Of a stretch of 64,000 nt of DNA, positions 9,856-19,532 are shown one piece after another. The DNA comes from an uncultured virus (IMG/VR IMGVR_UViG_3300037234_000959) (Duplodnaviria > Heunggongvirae > Uroviricota > Caudoviricetes): the IMG/VR virus record IMGVR_UViG_3300037234_000959, one strand, 5' to 3'. Position numbers and translations under genes: made by a program. The notes under the pieces are model-generated. The model searched no databases. It was not told where the DNA came from and saw nothing but the letters and a program-made list of their open reading frames with translations. Position 1 is the stretch's first letter; each line of letters starts with the position of its first letter.

Positions 9856-10581
9856 ATGAGAAAAAGACCGGTTAAAGATAGATTCATAGAAAAGCTCGGA
9901 TCTACGACACTATCTACTGGCTGTATTGATTGGCAGGGTGCTAAAAATGATCAAGGGTACGGGCAACTCTCTGTTAATGGTAAACCAAGAGCTGCACACA
10001 TTATCGCCTATGAATTATTTGTCGGGGAAATAAAGAAGGGCCTTTGCGTCATCCATAGGTGTAAAAATAAATCATGCGTCAATCATCAACATCTCTACCT
10101 TGGCAGCCGTGGCGACTACCAGCGACAGAACCTAAAAGAACGTCTGGTAAAAAAACATGGTAAACCTACAGAAACAGGCTGTATAGAGTGGCAAGGACAC
10201 CGCAATGCTTCAGGATATGGGGTAGTTCGTGTCAACAGGGCCACAAAGCTAGCTCACCGAGTTTCTTATGAGGTCTTTGTTAAAGAGATACCAAAGGGAC
10301 TGCAAGTTCTACATAAATGCGACAATCCGGCATGTGTAAATACCGAACATTTATTCCTTGGTACTCATCAAGATAATATGGCAGACAAAAAGAAAAAAGG
10401 GAGAGATGCCATAGGTGAAGCAGTCGGCTGCAGTAAGCTAACTCCAGATGATGTTAGAAAAATAAGAAAAATGAACTCAACTGAGGAGTATTCACTAAAT
10501 CAGATCGGGAGAGTTTTTGGTGTGAGCCATAAAACAATTCAAAAGGTCGTTAATGGTATAACATGGAAACATGTTATCTAG
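9856..10581 (+). CDS. Free-standing HNH homing endonuclease (tandem HNH domains plus HTH)
   Basis: Two CxxWxG...AH...HxCxNxxCVNxxHL units and a C-terminal HTH. Confidence 0.85.
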   Translation: MRKRPVKDRFIEKLGSTTLSTGCIDWQGAKNDQGYGQLSVNGKPRAAHIIAYELFVGEIKKGLCVIHRCKNKSCVNHQHLYLGSRGDYQRQNLKERLVKKHGKPTETGCIEWQGHRNASGYGVVRVNRATKLAHRVSYEVFVKEIPKGLQVLHKCDNPACVNTEHLFLGTHQDNMADKKKKGRDAIGEAVGCSKLTPDDVRKIRKMNSTEEYSLNQIGRVFGVSHKTIQKVVNGITWKHVI

Positions 10582-10649
10582 CCTCGGTATTGCAGGAGAT
10601 GTCCGATGCAAGGATCGTTCTTAGTGACCAAGGCGTAACGGTGCAGTAG
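10581..10649 (+). pseudogene. Displaced remnant of the sbcC 3' end
   Basis: Translates ASVLQEMSDARIVLSDQGVTVQ*, matching SbcC C-terminus TKDLQDMADGKIMLTDKGVVLS*. Confidence 0.75.
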
Positions 10650-10654
10650 GTTTC

Positions 10655-11023
10655 ATGACAAACGAAAAAGATCCTGAAAATATCTGGCTGCTTGAGAGCA
10701 AACAATCTGCAAAAACGTTCGCTGACAAGAGATTAGCGCCACGGCAAGCAGAGATGAATTCATGTGACATTAGGGGATTCTACAATGCAAAGCTTGGCAT
10801 ACCTTACGTGTCTCCCGGAGTAAGGACAATAAATGTCCTCATCCACGGGACTGTTCAGGAATGGACCGCTTACCCTCCCGCCAACGAAGACCCCGACACA
10901 CTGACAGTCAAAAATCATCACGATTATGCTTCGGATGTGTCATTGATCTTCAACGTGAAAACAAAGGAATTAGTCGACTTCAGGAAGAATCATTTTTTAA
11001 GTGAGGCTAAATGGATAGATTGA
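10655..11023 (+). CDS. Hypothetical protein
   Basis: 122-aa ORF in operon orientation. Confidence 0.55.
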   Translation: MTNEKDPENIWLLESKQSAKTFADKRLAPRQAEMNSCDIRGFYNAKLGIPYVSPGVRTINVLIHGTVQEWTAYPPANEDPDTLTVKNHHDYASDVSLIFNVKTKELVDFRKNHFLSEAKWID

Positions 11024-11167
11024 ATAAAGGAGTTCAAGGGCTTGGTTCTATTGCCTGCCTATTAACGAGAAAAGGATAAAACCATGTTTTGTGATAAGGA
11101 GGCTCATTTTATTTATGTGACACCTGCCACAATGCTTTGAGTTCACACGGAACAAATTGCGAGAGCA

Positions 11168-11225
11168 ATAGAACGAAAGAATTAACTGCGCGGCATAGCC
11201 GTCCAAATTGAATGGCATGTTATGG
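11168..11225 (-). other. Integron attC site
   Basis: Minus strand CCATAAC-ATGCC-ATT[C]AATTTGGACGGC TAT GCCGCGCAGTTAAT-TCTTTC-GTTCTAT; 58 bp, 5/6 spacers, extra C in L''. Confidence 0.8.
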
Positions 11226-11449
11226 CACACTTAATTAGAAAGGGGCAGATCACGGCAGAAATAGAACAGGAAGTTAAGACATTTACAGTATATTATTTAT
11301 GTGATGAATGTGGCAAAGGGCGGATGGAGCCAACAGGAATATGTCTGACAAGCAACCCGCTACAATGGCCCCATAAATGTAATAAATGTGGAAGTGAGAA
11401 AACATTTAAGGTGAAATATCCAAGAACTATTTATAGGAATGGGCCATAA
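11222..11449 (+). CDS. Zn-ribbon protein (cassette-borne)
   Basis: CDEC...CNKC; bounded by GTTATGGC and GCCATAAC. Confidence 0.7.
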   Translation: MAHLIRKGQITAEIEQEVKTFTVYYLCDECGKGRMEPTGICLTSNPLQWPHKCNKCGSEKTFKVKYPRTIYRNGP

Positions 11450-11490
11450 CCATGTTTATATAGACATATGTCTATATAACACTCAAGAGG
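11443..11490 (-). other. attI-like palindromic site, copy 2
   Basis: Perfect 24-bp palindrome TTATATAGACATATGTCTATATAA at 11456-11479. Confidence 0.6.
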
Positions 11491-11595
11491 GAGTACTTTA
11501 TTAACTGAACAATGAGAGGAGATTTAAAAAAAGCCCCGCCCCGCTGCCAAGCGAAGCAGGGCAATAAGAAAGGAGCCGCGAACGGCTTGTACTGG

Positions 11596-11626
11596 CCGGA
11601 CTGTTATAGAGCAGTCCGGTTTTTTG
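11596..11626 (+). terminator. Intrinsic terminator at the early/late convergence
   Basis: CCGGACTG...CAGTCCGG followed by a T run. Confidence 0.65.
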
Positions 11627-11771
11627 TTTGGCTTGTACCCCTATATAAGCACCTGCGATAAAACTCAAGGGGAGCCAAAAACTCTTTGATTTGTACCAGG
11701 GCACGCTGCGGTAGTCTGCCAAGGCCTTGCCGCAAGTGGTGGCCTCGCTCTTCCAGTCCCCCGCCCTACCA

Positions 11772-12563
11772 TCACTTCATCTCCGCAAGTTTTGTTTTTA
11801 TCATTGCTTCCGTATTCTTCCCCCATACACCATCGGCAACCAGTCCATTACGTGACTGAAATCCAACAAGGGCCTGTTTTGATGCAGGGCCCCACATCCC
11901 GTCGATAGATCCAACATAGTAACCTAGAAGATTTAAGGCCGTCTGCCTGCCTTTGATAGAAGAAAGATCAACGCTAACCCCGGCATTCGCCCTGATAGCC
12001 AGGATCATCGCCCGCAGCGTATTTCCGGGGCACGCGGGCTTACCGAAATCGAAATGGCCGTAAAGTTGCGAATCACTCCAACCCCACAGTTCACGACAGA
12101 CATCCCATAAAGCGAGGCCCGCAAGCATCTGTTTTCTGTTCGGCTCACCAGACCTTGATGACACATGCCCTTCACCCTTAAAATCACCTACGAACATGAC
12201 TGACATGAATTCGGCATTTTCGTCACCGGGCCTGTCTCGATCGCCATGGCTCCATGTAGATTTATTAAAGTCATTGCAAAGGTGAATCCGACCGCTCTCA
12301 TCAATAGCGAGGGTGTAGAGAATAGATTCGGTCCCTCCTTCCACGACATGACTTTGGGGGCCAGTGTGGTACTTTGCAACCGCTTCAATGGAGTTCCAGG
12401 CAAGTTCCTGGTGCCAGACGAGGCCATCGAGCTTATGTATCAACCTCGTTTTAAATTTCCGGCCTTCCGCATTTACCGGCAAAGAGTCACGAACATCTAT
12501 AGGCTCCTGAAGGCCCAGGACCTTCATTTTTTCCATCAACATTGCAAGCAGCTTCTTTTCCAT
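11772..12563 (-). CDS. Endolysin: N-acetylmuramoyl-L-alanine amidase with peptidoglycan-binding domain
   Basis: Amidase_2-like H...YT...SH...GHFDF..KPACPG; C-terminal DGxWG PG-binding repeats. Confidence 0.85.
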   Translation of the reverse strand: MEKKLLAMLMEKMKVLGLQEPIDVRDSLPVNAEGRKFKTRLIHKLDGLVWHQELAWNSIEAVAKYHTGPQSHVVEGGTESILYTLAIDESGRIHLCNDFNKSTWSHGDRDRPGDENAEFMSVMFVGDFKGEGHVSSRSGEPNRKQMLAGLALWDVCRELWGWSDSQLYGHFDFGKPACPGNTLRAMILAIRANAGVSVDLSSIKGRQTALNLLGYYVGSIDGMWGPASKQALVGFQSRNGLVADGVWGKNTEAMIKTKLAEMK

Positions 12564-12678
12564 ACAAAATTCTCCATTTTATCGAGGCGATCCGTAGCCT
12601 CGCTTTTTCATGTTCTCTGTCTTTCTCCTCTTCCGTCATGGCCATGTAATCGGCGAGAGAAGGAGGGGAGGCCATCGG

Positions 12679-13092
12679 TCAGCCTTTATGTGCTGAGGAA
12701 AAGGCACTTATGGCAGCACCTAAACCGGCGGCTACCACCATCTTTGCAAAATCCCATAAGCGCTGTTTCCATGTGTCACGTTTTTTCTCTTCTCTTACTT
12801 CCCGCTTTTCTTTTTGCTTTTCACCCTTTTTGTCTATGGTGTCCTTGATGCCATCCCTGTGAGTTTCGCAGTCGTCATCAAGCTCCTTTGTAAGGTCAAA
12901 AAGAACTTCAATATCATCACTGTTCTTCTTGACCCGTTCATCGTGCCTGGCTACAAGCCTCCTGATCTTAGACACTTCCTCCTTGCCAGCTTTTAGATCA
13001 TTAAGGGTTTCCTTAATGGAATCAAGCTTATCGCTCAGTTTGCTTTCGAGCATATTGCCGATAAGCGTAATGTCTTCGACTTCAAGTGCCAT
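12679..13092 (-). CDS. Coiled-coil protein with C-terminal TM helix (holin-like)
   Basis: Single C-terminal hydrophobic helix; upstream of the endolysin. Confidence 0.5.
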   Translation of the reverse strand: MALEVEDITLIGNMLESKLSDKLDSIKETLNDLKAGKEEVSKIRRLVARHDERVKKNSDDIEVLFDLTKELDDDCETHRDGIKDTIDKKGEKQKEKREVREEKKRDTWKQRLWDFAKMVVAAGLGAAISAFSSAHKG

Positions 13093-13131
13093 TTTGGAGA
13101 GGTTCCTTTTGTTAAAAGTTAAATATTTTTA

Positions 13132-15384
13132 TCATATAATTTCATAAGAAAATTCATAAGCTATATCTTGCGTACCAATATCATCCCCGTTTAAAAACCC
13201 CTCAAATATTGCTTCGTCATTTACAGGATCACCCAAAATAGCCATAGGATCAATTGCCAAACCGACAGGGCTTGACGATCCATTTCCAACTAAATCCCAA
13301 TAACTGCCTAAATTACTAGCTATAGGTAAATCAAGTCTGAATCTTGTATTGATTCCGGTTGTTGTAATATCAACGGCAACTATCACACCTGAAACCTTAA
13401 CAATATTACCGATTCTTATCCAGAACGCCGGTCTAAGAACTGCGGCATCAATATTCGCAAGATTGGTTAAAGTTGGGGTATATGTGCCCGACGATACTTT
13501 AGCCTGTAATCCTGCTGGAGTTATTGCCCGCTCAGTATCAGTTCCTGCTTGAGTTTCCGCACTTGTGGCGAGTTCTACGATGCCCTTAGCCGTAGTCGAG
13601 GCAACATCTGTAGCCGTTATTACCTTAACTCCATTATGCTGTAAATTAGTGGATTTAATGTTAAAAAGAACTACTGTTTGCCCCGTCCTATCTACTTCAA
13701 AAACACTAACTCGGACACCGAAAGAATCATTACCGGCCTGCAATCTTAATTGTGCGCCGTCTGCTCTCAATAACCAGCCACGTTCACCACTAGCCGCACC
13801 AGATTCAAAAAGTTTAAATTCAGGAGTATTACCAACAACTATAACTTCATCTTCAAATGTTTTATTCGATAAGGTGTCTTCGCTACTTATAGTCGGTACT
13901 TTTACGCCATTATGCTGTAAATTAGTGGATTTAATGTTAAAAAGATCTACTGTTTGTCCTGTCCTATCTACTTCAAAAACACTAACTCGGACACCGAAAG
14001 AATCATTACCGGCCTGCAATCTTAATTGTGCGCCGTCTGCTGAAAGTCGCCAACCACGTTCACCACTGACTGCATCAGATTCAAAAAGTCTTATATCAGG
14101 ATTATTACTAACAAGTTGAAGAATATCGGTGAACGTCTTTATTCCTCCGATATTTTGATCATTTAATAAATCAACAAACACTTTTTTAGTCGTTTTTACA
14201 GTGTTTGTTTGTTCATCAACAATCATTAATATATTCGAGCTTTCTGACGAATTATCAAGGATAACATTCGTCAACGTTCCGCCGCCCGTATTTTGTGAGA
14301 ATCCGTTTATTCGATTCCCTGTCTTGTTTGCATTTATGTGATACCCGGTTGTCAAGGTTCCGGTTGATGAATTCTCGACGTTGATCTTCCCGATAGCGTT
14401 ATCTCCGTCAATTTCAACTGCTTTCGCGGTTGTGCCCGTATGCGACAAAACAATATTCAATACGCCTTCAATTATTGGATTGCTACCAAGCTTCAAAACA
14501 GAAGTTGCAATATTCGTCGCACAAAGAAGTCTTGAGCCGTCAAGAAACTTCAAGGTAACATTATCAGGCAAAACGAATTGAGCCGTAATGGTTTGATCTT
14601 CCTTGACAAGTATTCTGTCACCTGCCGCCGGCGCATCATCTGCCCATGCTACCAAGGTTGCGTAATCGCCTTCAGTGGCATCAATTACTATCCAATCTTC
14701 AACTTGGGGATTATTATTAAGTGTTACGTGACCCCTATCATCCACTACCATTCCAGCAGTGATTAGAGTATTCCCATCCAATCTGTTTAATGTAGCCAGC
14801 TTGTAATGCCAGTGATATAGATTGTTTCCATCAACACCATCAACCGGAACCGTTCCGTTTTCCGCAACCTTAACGGCCCACTTCATCTGCCACATACAAT
14901 AAGTTCGTACCCCTATGGCAGGATTAAATATTTCGCTATCTTCGGTATGGTCTATTTCATCATGCCAAACATCAAGATAAACCTCATCAGTTCTATCTGA
15001 TCCAGATGGGGTTGTAAGGGCAGACTGTGCTTCAGGTTGAGCAGAATAGTCTACATCGGAACCAAGCTCCGGCAGCCAACCATCAAGCAGTAACATCCCT
15101 TCTGTAACAGTAAAATCATTTATTGCCCCTGTGCCGACAATTTTAAAACCATTCCCGAAGGCCCCATCGTTGATAATTATTTTTATGACCTTTCTAAGAA
15201 GATTTAACTGGATTTCCTGCATTAAACCGAATTCCTCTGCCTGTACAGGGACGCCCATCTCCTTCAAGAGCATCATATATTTTTTTGTTTCGTCGTATGG
15301 AAACCGTCCGTAATTACCTACCCAATCATTACCTTCAAGCATAATATACCTCTTATAAAATGATTTCCTGCCACCCGCCGCCAT
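13132..15384 (-). CDS. Tail fibre protein
   Basis: Baseplate-anchor-like N-terminus, ASTTAKGIVELAT fibre repeat, internal duplication. Confidence 0.8.
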   Translation of the reverse strand: MAAGGRKSFYKRYIMLEGNDWVGNYGRFPYDETKKYMMLLKEMGVPVQAEEFGLMQEIQLNLLRKVIKIIINDGAFGNGFKIVGTGAINDFTVTEGMLLLDGWLPELGSDVDYSAQPEAQSALTTPSGSDRTDEVYLDVWHDEIDHTEDSEIFNPAIGVRTYCMWQMKWAVKVAENGTVPVDGVDGNNLYHWHYKLATLNRLDGNTLITAGMVVDDRGHVTLNNNPQVEDWIVIDATEGDYATLVAWADDAPAAGDRILVKEDQTITAQFVLPDNVTLKFLDGSRLLCATNIATSVLKLGSNPIIEGVLNIVLSHTGTTAKAVEIDGDNAIGKINVENSSTGTLTTGYHINANKTGNRINGFSQNTGGGTLTNVILDNSSESSNILMIVDEQTNTVKTTKKVFVDLLNDQNIGGIKTFTDILQLVSNNPDIRLFESDAVSGERGWRLSADGAQLRLQAGNDSFGVRVSVFEVDRTGQTVDLFNIKSTNLQHNGVKVPTISSEDTLSNKTFEDEVIVVGNTPEFKLFESGAASGERGWLLRADGAQLRLQAGNDSFGVRVSVFEVDRTGQTVVLFNIKSTNLQHNGVKVITATDVASTTAKGIVELATSAETQAGTDTERAITPAGLQAKVSSGTYTPTLTNLANIDAAVLRPAFWIRIGNIVKVSGVIVAVDITTTGINTRFRLDLPIASNLGSYWDLVGNGSSSPVGLAIDPMAILGDPVNDEAIFEGFLNGDDIGTQDIAYEFSYEII
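13631..14091. repeat. Near-identical duplication in tail fibre, 276-bp period
   Basis: CCATTATGCTGTAAATTAGTGG begins at both 13631 and 13907. Confidence 0.9.
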
Positions 15385-16225
15385 CGGGGATGAAATATTG
15401 AGCTACTTTTCCCGCTGCCTTGTTTCTGGCGATAACAGATTTAATTATGTTTTTTTCGTCAATGGTTAAGCCGCTTATGTCCTGGCTGAAATAAACCCCG
15501 AAACCTGAAACTACAATTGCCGCCAATACGTTGTCATCAAACAAAACATCTTCCAGTGTATCTGTAGTTGATTGGAGTGTATCTGAATAAAACACGTTCT
15601 GGGCAAAGTGTCCAATATCAAGCACATCCACATAAAAACCAACAAGACCCTCCATCAGCTTAGCTAGTGCCATATTATTAAGCCTGAGCGAACTTGTTTC
15701 GCTTATAACCCTTGCTAGATAATCAGCATCACTTTCCCCTGCTTCTCTCTTAATACCAAAATAGTCAAGGCCCCATTCGTCCAGCCATACACCGCTGGTT
15801 TTATCAAGATACAACTGCTTCTCGGCAAGAACAATATCGTCTAAGGTTTCTTTTAAGGCGTAACCATAGGTATTGAGTTCAGCCCATAGCAAAGAAGTAG
15901 GATATTGCAGATTAGCATCAAGGACCATGTCTTGATCAGGATTTTCAATTAATCCCCTGGCCAACTTAGTTCCATATTCTGCATTTAACAGCGTTACCGT
16001 ATAATCAACCTCAGCATCCAAGGCCGTTACAAGATCAGATAAGGTAATAGTAGATAGATCTATATTTACCGTACCGCCGATTGATACTGCCACCAGTGTA
16101 TAATCTGAGATAGTAATTAAACACGACCCACCTCCATATACCACCGATATGACCGGAATTTTCTTGGCATCCTTATTAAAGATCCCATGTAGACGATTTA
16201 ATAATTTAGTAAATATTCCACCCAT
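15353..16225 (-). CDS. Baseplate wedge protein (gpI-like)
   Basis: WLDEWG..FGIKR..GESDADYLAR motif; follows baseplate J. Confidence 0.75.
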   Translation of the reverse strand: MGGIFTKLLNRLHGIFNKDAKKIPVISVVYGGGSCLITISDYTLVAVSIGGTVNIDLSTITLSDLVTALDAEVDYTVTLLNAEYGTKLARGLIENPDQDMVLDANLQYPTSLLWAELNTYGYALKETLDDIVLAEKQLYLDKTSGVWLDEWGLDYFGIKREAGESDADYLARVISETSSLRLNNMALAKLMEGLVGFYVDVLDIGHFAQNVFYSDTLQSTTDTLEDVLFDDNVLAAIVVSGFGVYFSQDISGLTIDEKNIIKSVIARNKAAGKVAQYFIPDGGGWQEIIL

Positions 16226-17340
16226 CAGTTCACCGTAATACTTACCGTATCAGCTACAACAACCTCATCTACATTTGTGGATACATCGGAGGACGGAACG
16301 CTAATAGCAATATTGTATACCCCATTTATACCCATAATGCGCTCTATTAACTCACTGAGGATGAAATCACTACCTATACCCAAAGACCCTATATATGAGG
16401 CAACTACCTCTTCAGCTTTCGTTTTAATGGTAGTCGTGTCATACCCAGATAGAGCCGTTACGGTTGCCGTGATATCCTGGGGAATCTCTGTAGCTGCATA
16501 AACAATACACACATCCCCAGCAGACTTATAACCTATTATTTTTTCGCCACTGATATCTATATATCCATTAATTAATTTTTGCGCCTCGGTAATAAGTTCA
16601 GCGCTTGTTCCACCTGTCCCATTATATATATAGCAGGCCAAAACTCCATTTGTTACAAAAACTAAATTTGCCTGTTTTACCTGTTCAGCTATTTCCCCGG
16701 ATATATCGTAAAGAATTGCAGTTTTCGCCCCTGTCTCGATGGAAACATCTGTCCCTCTTGATAAGGATTGAACAAACGCGGTAAACCTAGCCCTACGTTG
16801 ATCTTCGGTCTCTTTTTCTAGTCCAGTTGTAAAGCTTGCGGCATTCGACACACTATCAACCCCAGAAATAGCCGTTTTCATAACCGTAATAGTAGCGGCG
16901 CCGGTATTACCAAAAATCCCGGACCTAGTACAAGCAACAAGGGCATTAACTGTGTTTTCTCCTGATAACAAAGTAACTTCAACCTTTGTTTCGTAAACCC
17001 TTTCTTCTTCACTTGTTGTTTTGACCGTTGCTACCAAAGTCCCGATAGGGATAGTTATATCACCCACGGGTGCAATATCGGCGGTGAGTGTAACATAATC
17101 CGTCGCCTTAGTTGCCGGGAGCACTGTATGCCCAAATGCCCTATATATAGAGGTGGGTATAGCTTTCTTTATTGCCCTAAATGTTTGGTAGTAAAAAAAC
17201 TCTAGTTCAAGAGCCACTACCTCGAATTTCGTCCTTGAAGCACTTCCAACAACTACATCAGTGACTTTATTTTGAAGTCCTACATACCATGTAATCATTT
17301 TTGTAGTTATTTCTTCGGACTTCTTAATTCTAAAACTCAT
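16225..17340 (-). CDS. Baseplate J/gp47-family protein
   Basis: G..GN, N..SFTTG.E.ETE..RR.R and RGT motifs. Confidence 0.88.
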   Translation of the reverse strand: MSFRIKKSEEITTKMITWYVGLQNKVTDVVVGSASRTKFEVVALELEFFYYQTFRAIKKAIPTSIYRAFGHTVLPATKATDYVTLTADIAPVGDITIPIGTLVATVKTTSEEERVYETKVEVTLLSGENTVNALVACTRSGIFGNTGAATITVMKTAISGVDSVSNAASFTTGLEKETEDQRRARFTAFVQSLSRGTDVSIETGAKTAILYDISGEIAEQVKQANLVFVTNGVLACYIYNGTGGTSAELITEAQKLINGYIDISGEKIIGYKSAGDVCIVYAATEIPQDITATVTALSGYDTTTIKTKAEEVVASYIGSLGIGSDFILSELIERIMGINGVYNIAISVPSSDVSTNVDEVVVADTVSITVN

Positions 17341-19271
17341 ACTGATATCCTTAGTTTTTCGCTGGTTTCTTTATTTATGGGAAACACATCTGCATCCAAA
17401 TAAATGGAATCACCCTCTATCGTGAAAGTTGAGCGACCAACACCTCTTATCCGTGGATCTCTTAATAGCGTCAACTTGCCTTCTAATTTGGCTCTTTCAT
17501 GCCATATAGGAGATCCCATCTTCCCGATTAATTCAGGGTTTATTGACCCGTATGCAACATGTCCAAGATGTGACAAAGCTTTTAACGGTGTTTTAAGTCG
17601 GTGTTCGAGCTGTACCTGTAGATTGTCTAGCCCCCCTATGGTTGCAAGTTCTCCTGTTTGAGTAGCAACCAGAAATCCATCATCATCCAACAATTCATCA
17701 ACACCATAAAGCTGATCATAGAAAGCCCTATCGTCTACCGTGGAAGCTACTGCCACCTTGCTGGTTCTACTTCCTGGGATTTTGATTTTAGCCCCTGGCT
17801 TCATAAGAGCAAGTTCCTCCTCATGTAGAGTTACAATAGCCGCCACAGTAAATGCATTTACCGTTGGCGACGCCAAGCTTGCGACCCCGCTTGCCACACC
17901 TTCTATCTCAACTATCTCAGATAGCGCCCCCTCGATTAATAACATAAAATTTCCTACCTGAAAGGTGAATCCTGATGGCGTTATTTCTGTAGACTCGGCT
18001 GCAATACCAAAAGATAAGGTTCCCGTTGCTTTCGTCTCAGAAAGAAAATCCTTAGGGTCATCACTGGACAAAATATACGGATATTCAAGATTATTTAATG
18101 TAGCTATCCTTTTCCACTCGGTAGAATCCCCTAGCAACCTCGCTGCAATGGTTTCCAGTGTATCATTCCTGCTAATGGGAGTTTCAAGAGCGGCCACCTC
18201 TGCCACCGCGTTGAGTTCAGGGTCAAACAATGTTAAATCAGGGTCATGCATACTGACCGCTCCAGAATCTTCAGATATCTGTCCAGAGGGGAGCGGGGCA
18301 GTCATAACCTCTTGTGTTCCAGATGTATCTGCCACTGATACGGGAGCATCTCCATCAGGATTAAATAAGTCTTTTTTTGTTTTATAGGTAAGGAGAGTAT
18401 ACTTAGTTTCCCTGAGTAAGTCGGTAAACTCATGCGGCAAATCCTCAAGGCTCGATATTGTGTCTAATATAGAATCAACGGTTGTTATAGCATCCTGTAT
18501 AAGCTCAAACGGAGCTGAAATTAAATCAGATACTCCTTGCCTAAAGGCCGATACGCTTGTTCTTATGGTTGAAAGAGTGCCTTTTACTTCATTAAATTGG
18601 TTCGTAACGCTTGCCATAGTCTCAGAAATCCATGTGTATCCCTCAAGGAGAGTATCCCAAAAGGATACGTCAGCTTCGGTAGGCAACTCACGTAACGTCT
18701 CGAATTCTGTTAGCAGATAATCAGTTTGGGCTTCCTCTTCTTCGTCCAACCGCCTTATTGCAGTTAACTGGATATCGTACTTATATATAGTTCTATGCTG
18801 AATACTCCTCGTAACAAGAAATTTATTAATCTGGACTTCGTAGAAATCTTCATCGGTAAAATTATAAAACTTTATCTTGGCATTTGTATCTGATTCAGTT
18901 AAATTGATCTCTCCTGTATCACTATAGGTTCCAAACTGTCTGTAAAAATCAAGAAATACTGTTTCGATTTCCTTATAAAGCTCCCATCCACTCTGAGGAA
19001 TGCTATTATTGATAGTTTTAGCATTGCCCCCTGGGTGTGTCCCAAGATATCCAAAAGTCCCTTTCAAATTAATAGCAGGAGGACCCCAACCGGTTCTATC
19101 CTCGAATCCACCAGCTTGAGTAAGTGTGAACTTAGCCAAAGGAGTCATCTCCTTAGTGTATGATTCTGGATTAATAGGCAGCACAAAAACACTGCCATCT
19201 GAGGATTCAAACATGAACGGTAGCGTAAGGTCCCTTAATTCAATTCCGATTGTTAATGGTTCGTTAGGCAT
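17337..19271 (-). CDS. Baseplate protein: tube-initiator-like, LysM and gp25-like domains fused
   Basis: LPINPES N-domain; DTLETIAARLLGD..WKRIATLN LysM; RLKTP...YGS...DPRI gp25-like end. Confidence 0.7.
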   Translation of the reverse strand: MPNEPLTIGIELRDLTLPFMFESSDGSVFVLPINPESYTKEMTPLAKFTLTQAGGFEDRTGWGPPAINLKGTFGYLGTHPGGNAKTINNSIPQSGWELYKEIETVFLDFYRQFGTYSDTGEINLTESDTNAKIKFYNFTDEDFYEVQINKFLVTRSIQHRTIYKYDIQLTAIRRLDEEEEAQTDYLLTEFETLRELPTEADVSFWDTLLEGYTWISETMASVTNQFNEVKGTLSTIRTSVSAFRQGVSDLISAPFELIQDAITTVDSILDTISSLEDLPHEFTDLLRETKYTLLTYKTKKDLFNPDGDAPVSVADTSGTQEVMTAPLPSGQISEDSGAVSMHDPDLTLFDPELNAVAEVAALETPISRNDTLETIAARLLGDSTEWKRIATLNNLEYPYILSSDDPKDFLSETKATGTLSFGIAAESTEITPSGFTFQVGNFMLLIEGALSEIVEIEGVASGVASLASPTVNAFTVAAIVTLHEEELALMKPGAKIKIPGSRTSKVAVASTVDDRAFYDQLYGVDELLDDDGFLVATQTGELATIGGLDNLQVQLEHRLKTPLKALSHLGHVAYGSINPELIGKMGSPIWHERAKLEGKLTLLRDPRIRGVGRSTFTIEGDSIYLDADVFPINKETSEKLRISV

Positions 19272-19277
19272 AGTATT

Positions 19278-19311
19278 ATTGTATATTAAAGGTGTTTCAC
19301 ATCAAAACATT
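19278..19311 (-). promoter_or_regulatory. Putative late promoter
   Basis: AATGTTTTG-N19-TACAAT, ATG 6 nt downstream. Confidence 0.65.
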
Positions 19312-19315
19312 TCGG

Positions 19316-19522
19316 CTATGTTATATTTCCAGTATGCTCGCTATCAGGTGCGCCCAATGTCGTTGTAACAAGGATGTTTGCCACAAGATGAGGGATAATA
19401 GCGCCTGCTATAGCGTCGCACAATTCAGGCAATTTAGAATACTCATTATCAAAGAAACCCTTTGATATCAAAAGTGCTTGCATGGACGAAGATAAAGCTG
19501 CTTCAGTTCCTGTTAACGGCAT
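19316..19522 (-). CDS. Small baseplate/spike-associated protein
   Basis: RBS and position just after the spike gene. Confidence 0.55.
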   Translation of the reverse strand: MPLTGTEAALSSSMQALLISKGFFDNEYSKLPELCDAIAGAIIPHLVANILVTTTLGAPDSEHTGNIT

Positions 19523-19532
19523 TTAATTCCCC

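Noticed and set aside
11501..11722. ORF after the amidase (spanin-like end PWYKSKSFW)
   Set aside because: No good start, and it runs through terminator hairpins; at most a remnant.
13631..14091. Possible DGR template/variable repeat pair
   Set aside because: Both copies lie in frame in one gene, differences are not confined to adenines, and no reverse transcriptase is present.
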